A DNA stretch of 20,000 bases from an uncultured virus (IMG/VR IMGVR_UViG_3300008120_000157) (lineage: Duplodnaviria > Heunggongvirae > Uroviricota > Caudoviricetes > Crassvirales): the IMG/VR virus record IMGVR_UViG_3300008120_000157. The stretch is one strand, 5' to 3'. The notes under the pieces are model-generated. The model had not been told where the DNA came from and did not search any database. It was given only the letters and a program-made list of their open reading frames with translations. Positions 1 to 8,600 of this stretch are shown here, one piece after another. The first letter of the stretch is position 1. The number at the start of each line of letters is the position of its first letter. The translations under genes and the position numbers were made by a program.

Positions 1-141
1 TTTTTTTATCTCTGTTGTAGGCTTTACATCTGGCATTTGAAAATTATTAAAAGCAAAAGCTTTGTGGGCAAGGTCTTCTCCCACTTGTTTTACTAACATT
101 TTCCATTCTTTACTGTTCTTATTGGGACAAGCTATAGCCAT
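1..141 (-). CDS. 5' part of a further cargo-module gene (partial, runs off the left edge): MAIACPNKNSKEWKMLVKQVGEDLAHKAFAFNNFQMPDVKPTTEIKK...
   Basis: Translated by hand; not in the ORF track. ATG at 141-139 lies 6 nt after the TAA of the 1664-aa ORF, and the frame stays open for 47 codons to the window edge. The C-P-N-x(4)-W-K-x-L start resembles N-termini I recall from giant crAss-like virion proteins. Confidence 0.8.
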   Translation of the reverse strand, partial: MAIACPNKNSKEWKMLVKQVGEDLAHKAFAFNNFQMPDVKPTTEIKK

Positions 142-147
142 TATAAA

Positions 148-3100
148 TTATTTACCACAAATTAACAAATATTTTTCATACATATCTTCATCCATTTCTC
201 TTGTTGCAAGGAATTCATCAGAGAAAGCACGATTAAATGCTTCCCAATCATCAGGTGAAGGTGTGAATGTATCTTTTTCTTGGAAACCAGAAGGTAGAGA
301 CTTTTTCTTAACAGCTGGAGATATTTTACTTGTATCTAGTTTATTAGTAAAAGGCTGAGCAGGTGTTTGAATACTTCTAAGCTCGTCTCTTACTTCCATA
401 AGTAATTTTGGAAACTCTTTGCCCCATTTAGTTTTATCTTGAGTATGTGTAAGAGTAGCGTTACCTGTAGCAAGTAGTTTAGCTAGAGCATCTGGATTTT
501 GTTCAAAAGATTCTTTTAGTAATTCTTTCATAATTCTAGAAGAATTTTTATCCCATTCTTTTGTATCTAATCCTGTAATTGTTCTGCCTAATGCTTTAGC
601 TTTTGCTCCTGTAACATTCATTAATTCTAGTACAATAGGTAATCTATCTCCTATACCCATAGATGAATATCTAAATTTAGCAGCTTGAAATGCTCCTTCT
701 ACTGTATTAAAAGTACCATGGATAGTCACGACACTTTTAAAAGGCCTAACAGCAAAATTACTTAACTCAGCATTTTCTCCTGTACCTGCATAAATATTAA
801 TAGTTGTGTTAGATAGTATACTAGGTTCTGTAGTAGTATCAAATCCTGTTAGAGTTGCTTTTATTCCTGGAGCAGGCGCAAAAAATACATCGTCTTGTAG
901 TGATTTTCTTTGTGTAGAATCGATCAAATCAATAGTTTCTTTAACTGCAGAAGCTAAAGCTGTACCTGCTTTAATATCTATACCTAAAGAATTTAAGAGT
1001 TGTAACAACAAATCTTTGAGTTTATCCATCATAGACTTGTCTTCTACTTTTACTTTATTTAACCATGCCTGGAATCCTTGGTCAGTAAGCGCCATAGTAA
1101 CAAACTCTGTAAGTTTGATAGCACCGTAGTATTTACTTAAACCTTTATCTGTAGTAAAAGGAGTTCTTGTAGCAGGGTCTGCTTTTGCCCAAGTATTAAA
1201 TTTTTCTATAAATTCATTTAACTCATTACGATTTCCTTGAGTTTCTAAATAATTAATATAACTTAACTGTAAAGCTTTTAGGTTATCAATAATCTTTACT
1301 TGTTCAGCAGTAAGTTTATCCATTCTACCTGCCTGATAATCTCTAATCGCCTCTCCTGTAAAAGTATGAATTAGTTCATGTGCTACAGTATTAGCAAGAT
1401 CGTTAACTGTTTTATGATTTTGATGATTTAAATTTATAAACAAAGTCTTAGTTGCATATTCATATCTGCCTCGAACACCAGCTTCTTTTACAAACTCAAA
1501 TTTAAATCCTTCTGGAAATATTAAACTATGAAGTTTTTCTAAAAGTAATTTGTTAGTAGTACTAACAGTAGGATCGGATAGTAGTCTATCAACTAGGTCA
1601 TCAAATGCTCGTTTACCTGACATGTTTGTATCTACACCTAGTTGATTAGGTGGAGTTTGTTGTACAGGATTGTTTACAATATTAGGATCAAATGTCTTAG
1701 TAGGTTTAACAAGAACACCTTGGATTGTGGTACCTGGAGCAACTACGCTTGGTTTGTTGTCTTTAATCTTAGGTTGATAAACAGGAACAACTACAGCATT
1801 CTGTGAGTTATACTGTGTAAAACCATAAGTACCTTGTAGTACAGGAATACGGTTGTATTTACGAGTAGATTCATCAAACTCGTATAATGCGTACTTAGAT
1901 TTATTATTCTTATTATCATCTCTGATAGTTAAGAAATGCGTCTGTGTCTCAGTCATATCTCCAGATACAGGATCTACAACACTTACAAAATTTCTTTCTA
2001 ATGCTTCTTTATCTAACTCAAATGATTCTGGAACTGTACTTACTTTACCTTTTAAGTCGCCAAGAGATATTGTTTTAGCAAGGTTTGGATTATTTTGAAT
2101 GTATTGACGAGTAAAACTACTAGGCATGCTATAAATAGGGTTGCCTAAATCGTCAACTATTCCACCAAAAGTACGTTCAAAATCAAAAGGAATTCCTTGC
2201 AGATAGTTGCCAAACCCTAAAGTTTTTAAGTATCCAATAGGAATATAGCGCATGTATTGTTTAGAACCTTGTATACCGCCTTCTAAGAAGGCCGCTGTAA
2301 TAAGATCTTGTGCAAGAAGTCTAGTAGTATAATCAATACCGTTAAAGTTTCCTAGAGGAACGTTTTTAGAAAGCAAATATGCAAAGCCTGCATAAATGCT
2401 GCGCTCGTCAAAATTAGCAGCATTACTAGACTCAAAGTTAATTCTTGAAACATCTCCATTACTGTTAAAGTTAAACGTAAGTTTATTTAAGAATTGATTG
2501 TTTTGATACCAAGGTTGAGTAGATAACTCTTGTAGTATAGTAGCAAGACTTTTGTTTTCACCTTCTTTATCGATAAATAATCTTGCTCTTTCTTCATCTG
2601 GATTGCCTAAAAATAAACTACTTCCTTCATTAGAATAAAAGTAAGATTTAATATCTTGGAAAATTTCTGTTTGTACATCGGATAACTTAGTGCTGCTAGC
2701 AATTACTTTATCTCCACTAGGAATATGTTTAAGAACTTCTTTAAATATTGTTTGAAATCCGTCTGTATTATACGGAAAATATGGAGCGTAAATATTATTA
2801 GCAAACATAGTTCCGTATTTAGAAGCATATCCACTAATAGTTGTTGGTACAAACTCTTTATTTTCTATTGTACCTAGTAGACTATTTGCATTAAATACAT
2901 TAGATAAAGGAAGGTTTTCAATCTGAGTTACTTTAGTATTAGTTTCTAACAAAGATTTGGGAATGCCTTTAGATGCAGTATTAATAGCTGATTGTATTTT
3001 CTTAATTTCTTCACCTATTCCATCAAGTTTTAAAAACTTATTTAAAATCATTAACTGTCCTATATTATAGTCAGTTGATTTAGTAGGATTAAATTTAGTC

Positions 3101-5142
3101 TCTTTTAGGTTTTCTAAAAGTTGTTCTCCAGACATGTCACCTAATTTTTCATAGGCTAACATTTGACTTTCAGAAGCTTCTGTTAATTTATTTTCAGGGT
3201 CGTATTTTTTACGAAGCTCCTGCATCAATTCTGCTTGGAAGTTAGCATTATATTTACTAGTAGTAGATCGATTAGCTTTTATTCGATCTAAGTACTCCCA
3301 AATGATGTCTTGAGTAATAAGCCCTGCTATATCTGTTTCTTCAAACCCAAACATTACCATAGCACGTATTGCGCCAAAAGTATCTGAGTTAATATTTAGT
3401 TTATCAAGAATCTGCTCTTTTTCGTTATCTACTGCAGTAGACTGTAGTGCTCGAATAATTGCTGATTTAAATTTAAGAGACTCTTTTTCTTCTTTAGTAA
3501 GCTCACGTTTTTCTGCTTTAGCTCTATTAATAAGAGCTTGAGATTTAAGAGTATATGGATTAGACATATCTCCTTTAGAAACAAACTCTCCAAATGTTGC
3601 TACAGGCATATTAGCTTCTGCTAACTCTTGTGCAGTAGGAATACGTGGATTCATTGGTGTACCAAATAATTCTACATACGCTTCGTCATTAAGATTTTGA
3701 TAAACTAAATCTTTGCCTTGTGCATTAGCATTAAAAGTAGAATCAAGAGAAAATGATCCTACACCATCTTTACCTGCTGTTGCATTAATGTATTTAGTAC
3801 GTTGATAAATATCAGAAAGAATAGTAACAGGTGTAGGGTTTACACCCTTCTCGGAACGTATTTTATTTACTTCTGCAGCTAGACCTGTAAATTCTCCAGA
3901 ACCATCAAGTGCAATAATACTAGCAATCACTTCAGGGTTAGTACTAGTCATTACATCTAAATGGATATCTAAGATCTTATTCTGTTTAGCTGCTACATAA
4001 GAACGATTTAAGATCGATAAGCGATCTATTAATGTTTCGATTTGACCAGGCTCTAGAAATTTTTTATCCAAACTTCTTGTGATAATTTCATTAGCTTGCG
4101 ACGCCAAAGTAGAATCAATATCATCTTTTTCTTCATTACTGTCTATAGTATTCTTAATGTAATCTCTTAGTATTTTATTTTCTTCTTTTGAAAGCTTTAA
4201 TCTTTCTTGTATATCGTTTAAAGTTTCTTTAGCAATCTTAATTTGCGCTTCTATTTTTTTAGGATCAGATAGAAAGTTAGTATATAGCTTGCCATTTTGA
4301 TAAAAATGATTGTACATGTATGTGTACAATTTATCAACGTCAAAGTCGGACCCCATTTGTTTAGTAAAATCTCTAGGCGCTAAGACTAAATCCCCCATTG
4401 CTTCTGGTAAAAATCCTACTATTTCTACAGCAGCCATAGAGTTACGGCTTTGAGTAGGAATACGGAATCCAAATAGTTGAAGTAGTTTTTCAGGAACTTT
4501 AGTAGTGTCTAATAAACCATCTTTTGTTAAAAATTCCTCTATGTTCAAGATTTCTCCACGCTCATTGCGAAACTTAAATGGAATCATAATTTGAGCAGGT
4601 AACATTTTACCTGTTGCAGGATCTACACGCAAAGGTTGTAACCCTTTAGTAGCATCAAATTTATTTGTGAATACGATATCAGAATTCTTTAAATCTCCTG
4701 CTGCAGCATCACCTTCTTTAATTTTAATCCCTTCTTCAGAGCCGAGTACATAAGAATTACCCGTAAACTTTTGTTTAACTACTTTATTACTAACGAGTGA
4801 CGTAAGTAAACTTTCAAATTTATCTGCATAAGGAGATGCCCACAAAGGAATTTTAAAGTTTTGTTTGTCTTCTGTTAATTCTAAAGCAGACAACATGTTA
4901 GGCGCATATCCTTGGCGAGTTTTGATTTCTTGAGCAAGAATCTCAGCAAGTTTAACTGCGGGAATTGTAGTTCTTTCTATGATTTTTTTGTCAGCAACTT
5001 TAACTTTAGAGCTATCTTTTTTAAATCCTGGAAGACTCAGCTTACCGTTAGCAACTAAAGTATCTAAAAGGCCTTCATTTAAAAGTGCCTTAAATTCATT
5101 TTCAGAGACCCAACGACCCCCTACAAAGTACTGACAAGCCAT
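148..5142 (-). CDS. Virion RNA polymerase, catalytic (beta'-like double-psi-barrel) half, fused to a zincin-like metallopeptidase domain and a C-terminal NADAR domain (1664 aa)
   Basis: Motifs GFRIPTQ (RIPTQ at 4450-4464) and GSDFDVDKLY (DxDxD at 4333-4347), plus a later AVDNEK motif, match crAss-like / phi14:2 gp66-type RNAPs. HELIH lies at 1366-1380 and NADAR motifs lie near the C-terminus. Confidence 0.92.
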   Translation of the reverse strand: MACQYFVGGRWVSENEFKALLNEGLLDTLVANGKLSLPGFKKDSSKVKVADKKIIERTTIPAVKLAEILAQEIKTRQGYAPNMLSALELTEDKQNFKIPLWASPYADKFESLLTSLVSNKVVKQKFTGNSYVLGSEEGIKIKEGDAAAGDLKNSDIVFTNKFDATKGLQPLRVDPATGKMLPAQIMIPFKFRNERGEILNIEEFLTKDGLLDTTKVPEKLLQLFGFRIPTQSRNSMAAVEIVGFLPEAMGDLVLAPRDFTKQMGSDFDVDKLYTYMYNHFYQNGKLYTNFLSDPKKIEAQIKIAKETLNDIQERLKLSKEENKILRDYIKNTIDSNEEKDDIDSTLASQANEIITRSLDKKFLEPGQIETLIDRLSILNRSYVAAKQNKILDIHLDVMTSTNPEVIASIIALDGSGEFTGLAAEVNKIRSEKGVNPTPVTILSDIYQRTKYINATAGKDGVGSFSLDSTFNANAQGKDLVYQNLNDEAYVELFGTPMNPRIPTAQELAEANMPVATFGEFVSKGDMSNPYTLKSQALINRAKAEKRELTKEEKESLKFKSAIIRALQSTAVDNEKEQILDKLNINSDTFGAIRAMVMFGFEETDIAGLITQDIIWEYLDRIKANRSTTSKYNANFQAELMQELRKKYDPENKLTEASESQMLAYEKLGDMSGEQLLENLKETKFNPTKSTDYNIGQLMILNKFLKLDGIGEEIKKIQSAINTASKGIPKSLLETNTKVTQIENLPLSNVFNANSLLGTIENKEFVPTTISGYASKYGTMFANNIYAPYFPYNTDGFQTIFKEVLKHIPSGDKVIASSTKLSDVQTEIFQDIKSYFYSNEGSSLFLGNPDEERARLFIDKEGENKSLATILQELSTQPWYQNNQFLNKLTFNFNSNGDVSRINFESSNAANFDERSIYAGFAYLLSKNVPLGNFNGIDYTTRLLAQDLITAAFLEGGIQGSKQYMRYIPIGYLKTLGFGNYLQGIPFDFERTFGGIVDDLGNPIYSMPSSFTRQYIQNNPNLAKTISLGDLKGKVSTVPESFELDKEALERNFVSVVDPVSGDMTETQTHFLTIRDDNKNNKSKYALYEFDESTRKYNRIPVLQGTYGFTQYNSQNAVVVPVYQPKIKDNKPSVVAPGTTIQGVLVKPTKTFDPNIVNNPVQQTPPNQLGVDTNMSGKRAFDDLVDRLLSDPTVSTTNKLLLEKLHSLIFPEGFKFEFVKEAGVRGRYEYATKTLFINLNHQNHKTVNDLANTVAHELIHTFTGEAIRDYQAGRMDKLTAEQVKIIDNLKALQLSYINYLETQGNRNELNEFIEKFNTWAKADPATRTPFTTDKGLSKYYGAIKLTEFVTMALTDQGFQAWLNKVKVEDKSMMDKLKDLLLQLLNSLGIDIKAGTALASAVKETIDLIDSTQRKSLQDDVFFAPAPGIKATLTGFDTTTEPSILSNTTINIYAGTGENAELSNFAVRPFKSVVTIHGTFNTVEGAFQAAKFRYSSMGIGDRLPIVLELMNVTGAKAKALGRTITGLDTKEWDKNSSRIMKELLKESFEQNPDALAKLLATGNATLTHTQDKTKWGKEFPKLLMEVRDELRSIQTPAQPFTNKLDTSKISPAVKKKSLPSGFQEKDTFTPSPDDWEAFNRAFSDEFLATREMDEDMYEKYLLICGK
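375..803 (-). other. NADAR (YbiA-like) domain within the 1664-aa ORF
   Basis: LSNF, FNTVEGAFQAAK, AKALGR, WD...IMKELLKESFEQNP...LLATG and LLMEVRDEL follow the NADAR/YbiA motif order. Confidence 0.85.
930..1605 (-). other. Zincin-like metallopeptidase domain within the 1664-aa ORF (boundaries approximate)
   Basis: RGRYEYATKTLFIN strands precede VAHELIH (HExxH). The downstream LTEFVTMALTDQGFQAWL helix supplies a candidate third ligand Glu (1105-1107). Confidence 0.8.
4333..4347 (-). other. RNAP catalytic Mg2+-binding loop DFDVD (aa 266-270 of the 1664-aa ORF)
   Basis: DxDxD motif about 39 aa after an RxP motif. It is the DFD[IV]D variant of canonical DFDGD, as reported for phi14:2 gp66 (DFDID). 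Confidence 0.92.
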
Positions 5143-5147
5143 AGCAA

Positions 5148-5624
5148 TTATTTATTAAGTAGTTCTTGATCGAACAACAACATGTTATCAGTAAGCGCTA
5201 AACGAGCAAGTAAATCCATGTACTCACCTACTGCTCCTACTTGATGAGTAGTAAAGTCTTGTAGTAACAATCTTACTTTCAGAGAAAGATCCATTTTGCA
5301 AGCAGATTCTTCGTATGCCATAAGCAAATCACGCTCCATTTCGTATGCCATCTCTAAAGCACCTTTAACATCTGTGCAATCACACTTCACAGCATCTAAA
5401 GCATCAGTAGAAAGTTCTCCGCCTAAATCGTTGCAGAACTTTTCGATTTTATTATAATGATCTCGTTCTCCTAAAGACTCTTCAGTAAATAATTTTTCAG
5501 CGCCAAAGTAACCATTAGTCTTCATACGATTTGCTAAATGCAAATACGTATGAGAAGCAGTAAGCTCTAGACGGCCAAATTTATTGAGTTCTTTTTGTTC
5601 AATATCGGTAAGTAGCTTTTCCAT
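5148..5624 (-). CDS. Ferritin (non-heme FtnA-like four-helix bundle), 158 aa
   Basis: ELTASHTY, GYFGAEKLF, ERDH, ALEMAYEMERDL and HQ motifs match the ferritin ferroxidase pattern, and the length is typical. The ATG overlaps the upstream stop (TAATG at 5626-5622). Confidence 0.88.
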   Translation of the reverse strand: MEKLLTDIEQKELNKFGRLELTASHTYLHLANRMKTNGYFGAEKLFTEESLGERDHYNKIEKFCNDLGGELSTDALDAVKCDCTDVKGALEMAYEMERDLLMAYEESACKMDLSLKVRLLLQDFTTHQVGAVGEYMDLLARLALTDNMLLFDQELLNK

Positions 5625-8600
5625 TAATCACAATTTTTAAACTGGTCATTCTCGTCGAAGAAGTAATTAATCTTAGAGTCTACTAAGCCTTCAACGATTT
5701 TATCAAAGTTTTGATTTATAAAGTTAATTCTTTCTAGGTTATCAGCACCTATTTCATCTTCAAATTCTTGTAAAGCAGTCTGTTTCTTAATCGGCGATTT
5801 GATTTTAGAGATAGCATCCATCTTTTCTGCTATCTTCTCAACCATTTCTGGATCGGCTTCTACTTCATTAAATTGTTCTAGAACATTGTCTTCAGTAATT
5901 TCTTCGTAAAGACCTAAACGTTTAGCAAGTTTTTTCTGATTGTACTCAAATAAATCTTGATAAGCACTGTTATATTCTTTAACTAGGTCTTTACCTGTTT
6001 TGTCTTTAGTTACTTGAACATCTAACAAGTCTACAAATAGTAATGCTCGTTCTTGGGTACCTACGTTGATTTCAGCTTTTTCTCGTTTATACGGTACATC
6101 TTGCTGAATTCTAAAGTTGCTACGATCTAGTACTAAAGTGTTTTCAGGTTTAACTTCAAAGTTATCTACAACATTGCCGTTGTCATCAAAAGTCTTAATT
6201 TCACTAGCAACAGCACCTACTTTATTAGCAGTACCAAAAGATGCTCTAATAAATTTAGGTTGTCCTCCTGCAGTGATATCTTTAGATACACTTTCTTCGT
6301 ACTTTTCTAATCCTTGTCGGATTTTGTCTATTTGTAAGCCTGCAGTAAACTGTGGAATAAGTGGAAAACTCGAAGATTTAATGTATACACGGCGGTCTGC
6401 ATTGTCTTCTACACTTGTCATGTTACCCACATACACAGGTTTCATAGGCTGCATTACTAGTCCTAGTTCTTCATATGTAAGTTTTGTGTTGTTATTTATA
6501 ACACCTGCAGATTGCTGAGTTAGCTTCTTGTTAATAGTATTGTATTGGAAATCAGTAAGACGTCCTAATTGGTTTAATACATATAAGTGTTCTTTCCAAG
6601 TAGTGTATTCCTGAGCATCTGATCCTTCTATCTCTCCATAACCTTTTTTGCCGTCACTGTAATCTTTGTTAATCTTTTCAAAAAATTCTTTTTGTACAGA
6701 ATCTTTAAGGTTATTACTTTTAAGTTTTTTATCTTGTAAGAATACTTGTAAGTATTTATTGTTAGCACTATCTGCCAACTCTAATCCTGGTGCAATATCT
6801 CCAGCAAGACGTTTACCCATATTGATAAAAGTTGCTGATAGATTTTCTAAAGTAGTGTTACCATCTTTAAACTTAGCATATAATGCAGGGTCTCCAGTAA
6901 ACAACTTCATCATTTCGCTGTTAGCAATAAGAGAGTTAAATACATAATCTGTAGCAGCAAAACGTACTCTAGCAGCTTCTCCTACACCTTTAGCAATGTT
7001 GGACATGTAAGCAGAGTCTAAGAAAGTATACTTGTCAGTTACACGTCCTTTAGCGTCTTTTATAGTTTGTCCAATTCCAAGATTGTTCCAGTCTTCTAGC
7101 TTTTTATCTACAAGAGTGTTAAGAGTTTCTTGTAAGTAGTCGTATACAGCTTGTTTAACTTCTGGGTTAACTACAGCATCATTTCCTGAACGAACAAGGT
7201 CTCTGTAGTTTTGCATAGTGCCGTTTACTTCTACTATTAGATCGTTTAATGCTGGGAAGAAATAAAAATATTCAGGTTCGTATCCTGCAATATCTGACTT
7301 GCCTTCTAACACTGCGGCACGGATTCTGTTAATCTCTGGCTGTACTGTTGCTTGGTAAAGACTTTCTAAGTTAGCATCAGTAACACCTCCTGGCGTCACA
7401 ACTACTTGTTGGGCTAAAGCATTGACTACTAACATCGTAGTCTTATCCGACATTGTAGGATAGAAATAAGAAACTTTTCTGTAGGTCTTACCGTCAGCAA
7501 CTTGTTTGCTTCCGTTAAAGAACATACCTAGTTTTACTAACTCATGTTCGTCGACAGTAAGTTTGTTTAGCTTACGGTCTTCTTGTGACTTAGTATACTG
7601 ACGTTTAAGTGCTTCAAGAGATAGATAGTCTATACCTAAAGAACTTCTCATTAAATCTCCTGTTTCTCCATCTTGAGTAAGCGCTGCCAACCATAAGCTA
7701 TCTCTTGTAAATGAGATTTTTTTAAGCTTGTCAATTAAGTCTTGATTAATAAACTTTTTATTATCACTGTCGTAACTAGTAAGATCGCGCATGCGATTTA
7801 CTAGATAATTATTGTTACCGTAAGAATAAATAGTCTTAGTACCTGCACGGAAAGAATTACTAAAATTACTAGCAGTATTAATTGCTTCTAATTTAGATAA
7901 TGCTTTGATTGCAGAATCTTTTAACAGTGACTTATCAGCTATTTTATCGGGGTTATTAGCAATAGCTTTAAGTTCTTCTTTTAGTACTTTTACTAACCCA
8001 GAACTAGTATTAAAGAGTGCTTCCCAAGATTTACGGCCAGAATTGTTGTATTTACCAGCACGTAAATCTTTATAAGTAGCATCAGACAGTACAATACCAA
8101 AATTACCTAACCATTTAGCTAATTCTTCATTTGTTACGTCTTTAGGATTTTTTTCCCATTCAGAAGCAATAGTTACTATATCATCTACTACTTCCTTATT
8201 GTATATATAATCACCTGCTTCGTTAACTAAAATAAGATTATTACCTGGTTTTAAAAGATTGCTACCCCAATAATCTCTGAGGCGCTCTTCCATAGCACTA
8301 GAATTACTTGACCAACGTTGTAGAGAATAATTACCATATTGATCTTTATTCCACATAATAAACTTCATACCGATATGATGTTTAGCCATATCTGATACAA
8401 ACTCATTTTTAATTCTTTCTGGAGAATTTTCTATGTTGTCAATAACAGTTTGTAACCATGGGAATGCTTCAGTATATAATCCTAAAGTATCTAACATTAT
8501 ATCTAAGTCGGCAGGTTTATTTGCCAATAACATATGGAGAGTGTCGTAAACTTGATCAAAAGGAATGATTTCTGGGAAACCTAATTCATTAGTCATTACG

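Noticed and set aside
3628..3651. Second RIPT sequence (NPRIPTAQ) suggesting a duplicated catalytic barrel
   Set aside because: No DxDxD motif or barrel context follows; a 4-residue match is compatible with chance.
5143..5626. Self-splicing intron or mobile element carrying the ferritin
   Set aside because: The flanks are a 1-nt overlap and a 5-nt gap. I saw no room for ribozyme structure, no terminal repeats and no homing endonuclease. Both RNAP ORFs have ordinary start and stop codons.
5100..5700. Split intein at the RNAP junction (Asn-Cys at the end of one ORF, Cys near the start of the next)
   Set aside because: The geometry is wrong: no Cys-initiated IntN of ~100 aa in the upstream ORF, no His-Asn/Cys-Ser-Thr IntC junction in the downstream ORF, and no intein block motifs.
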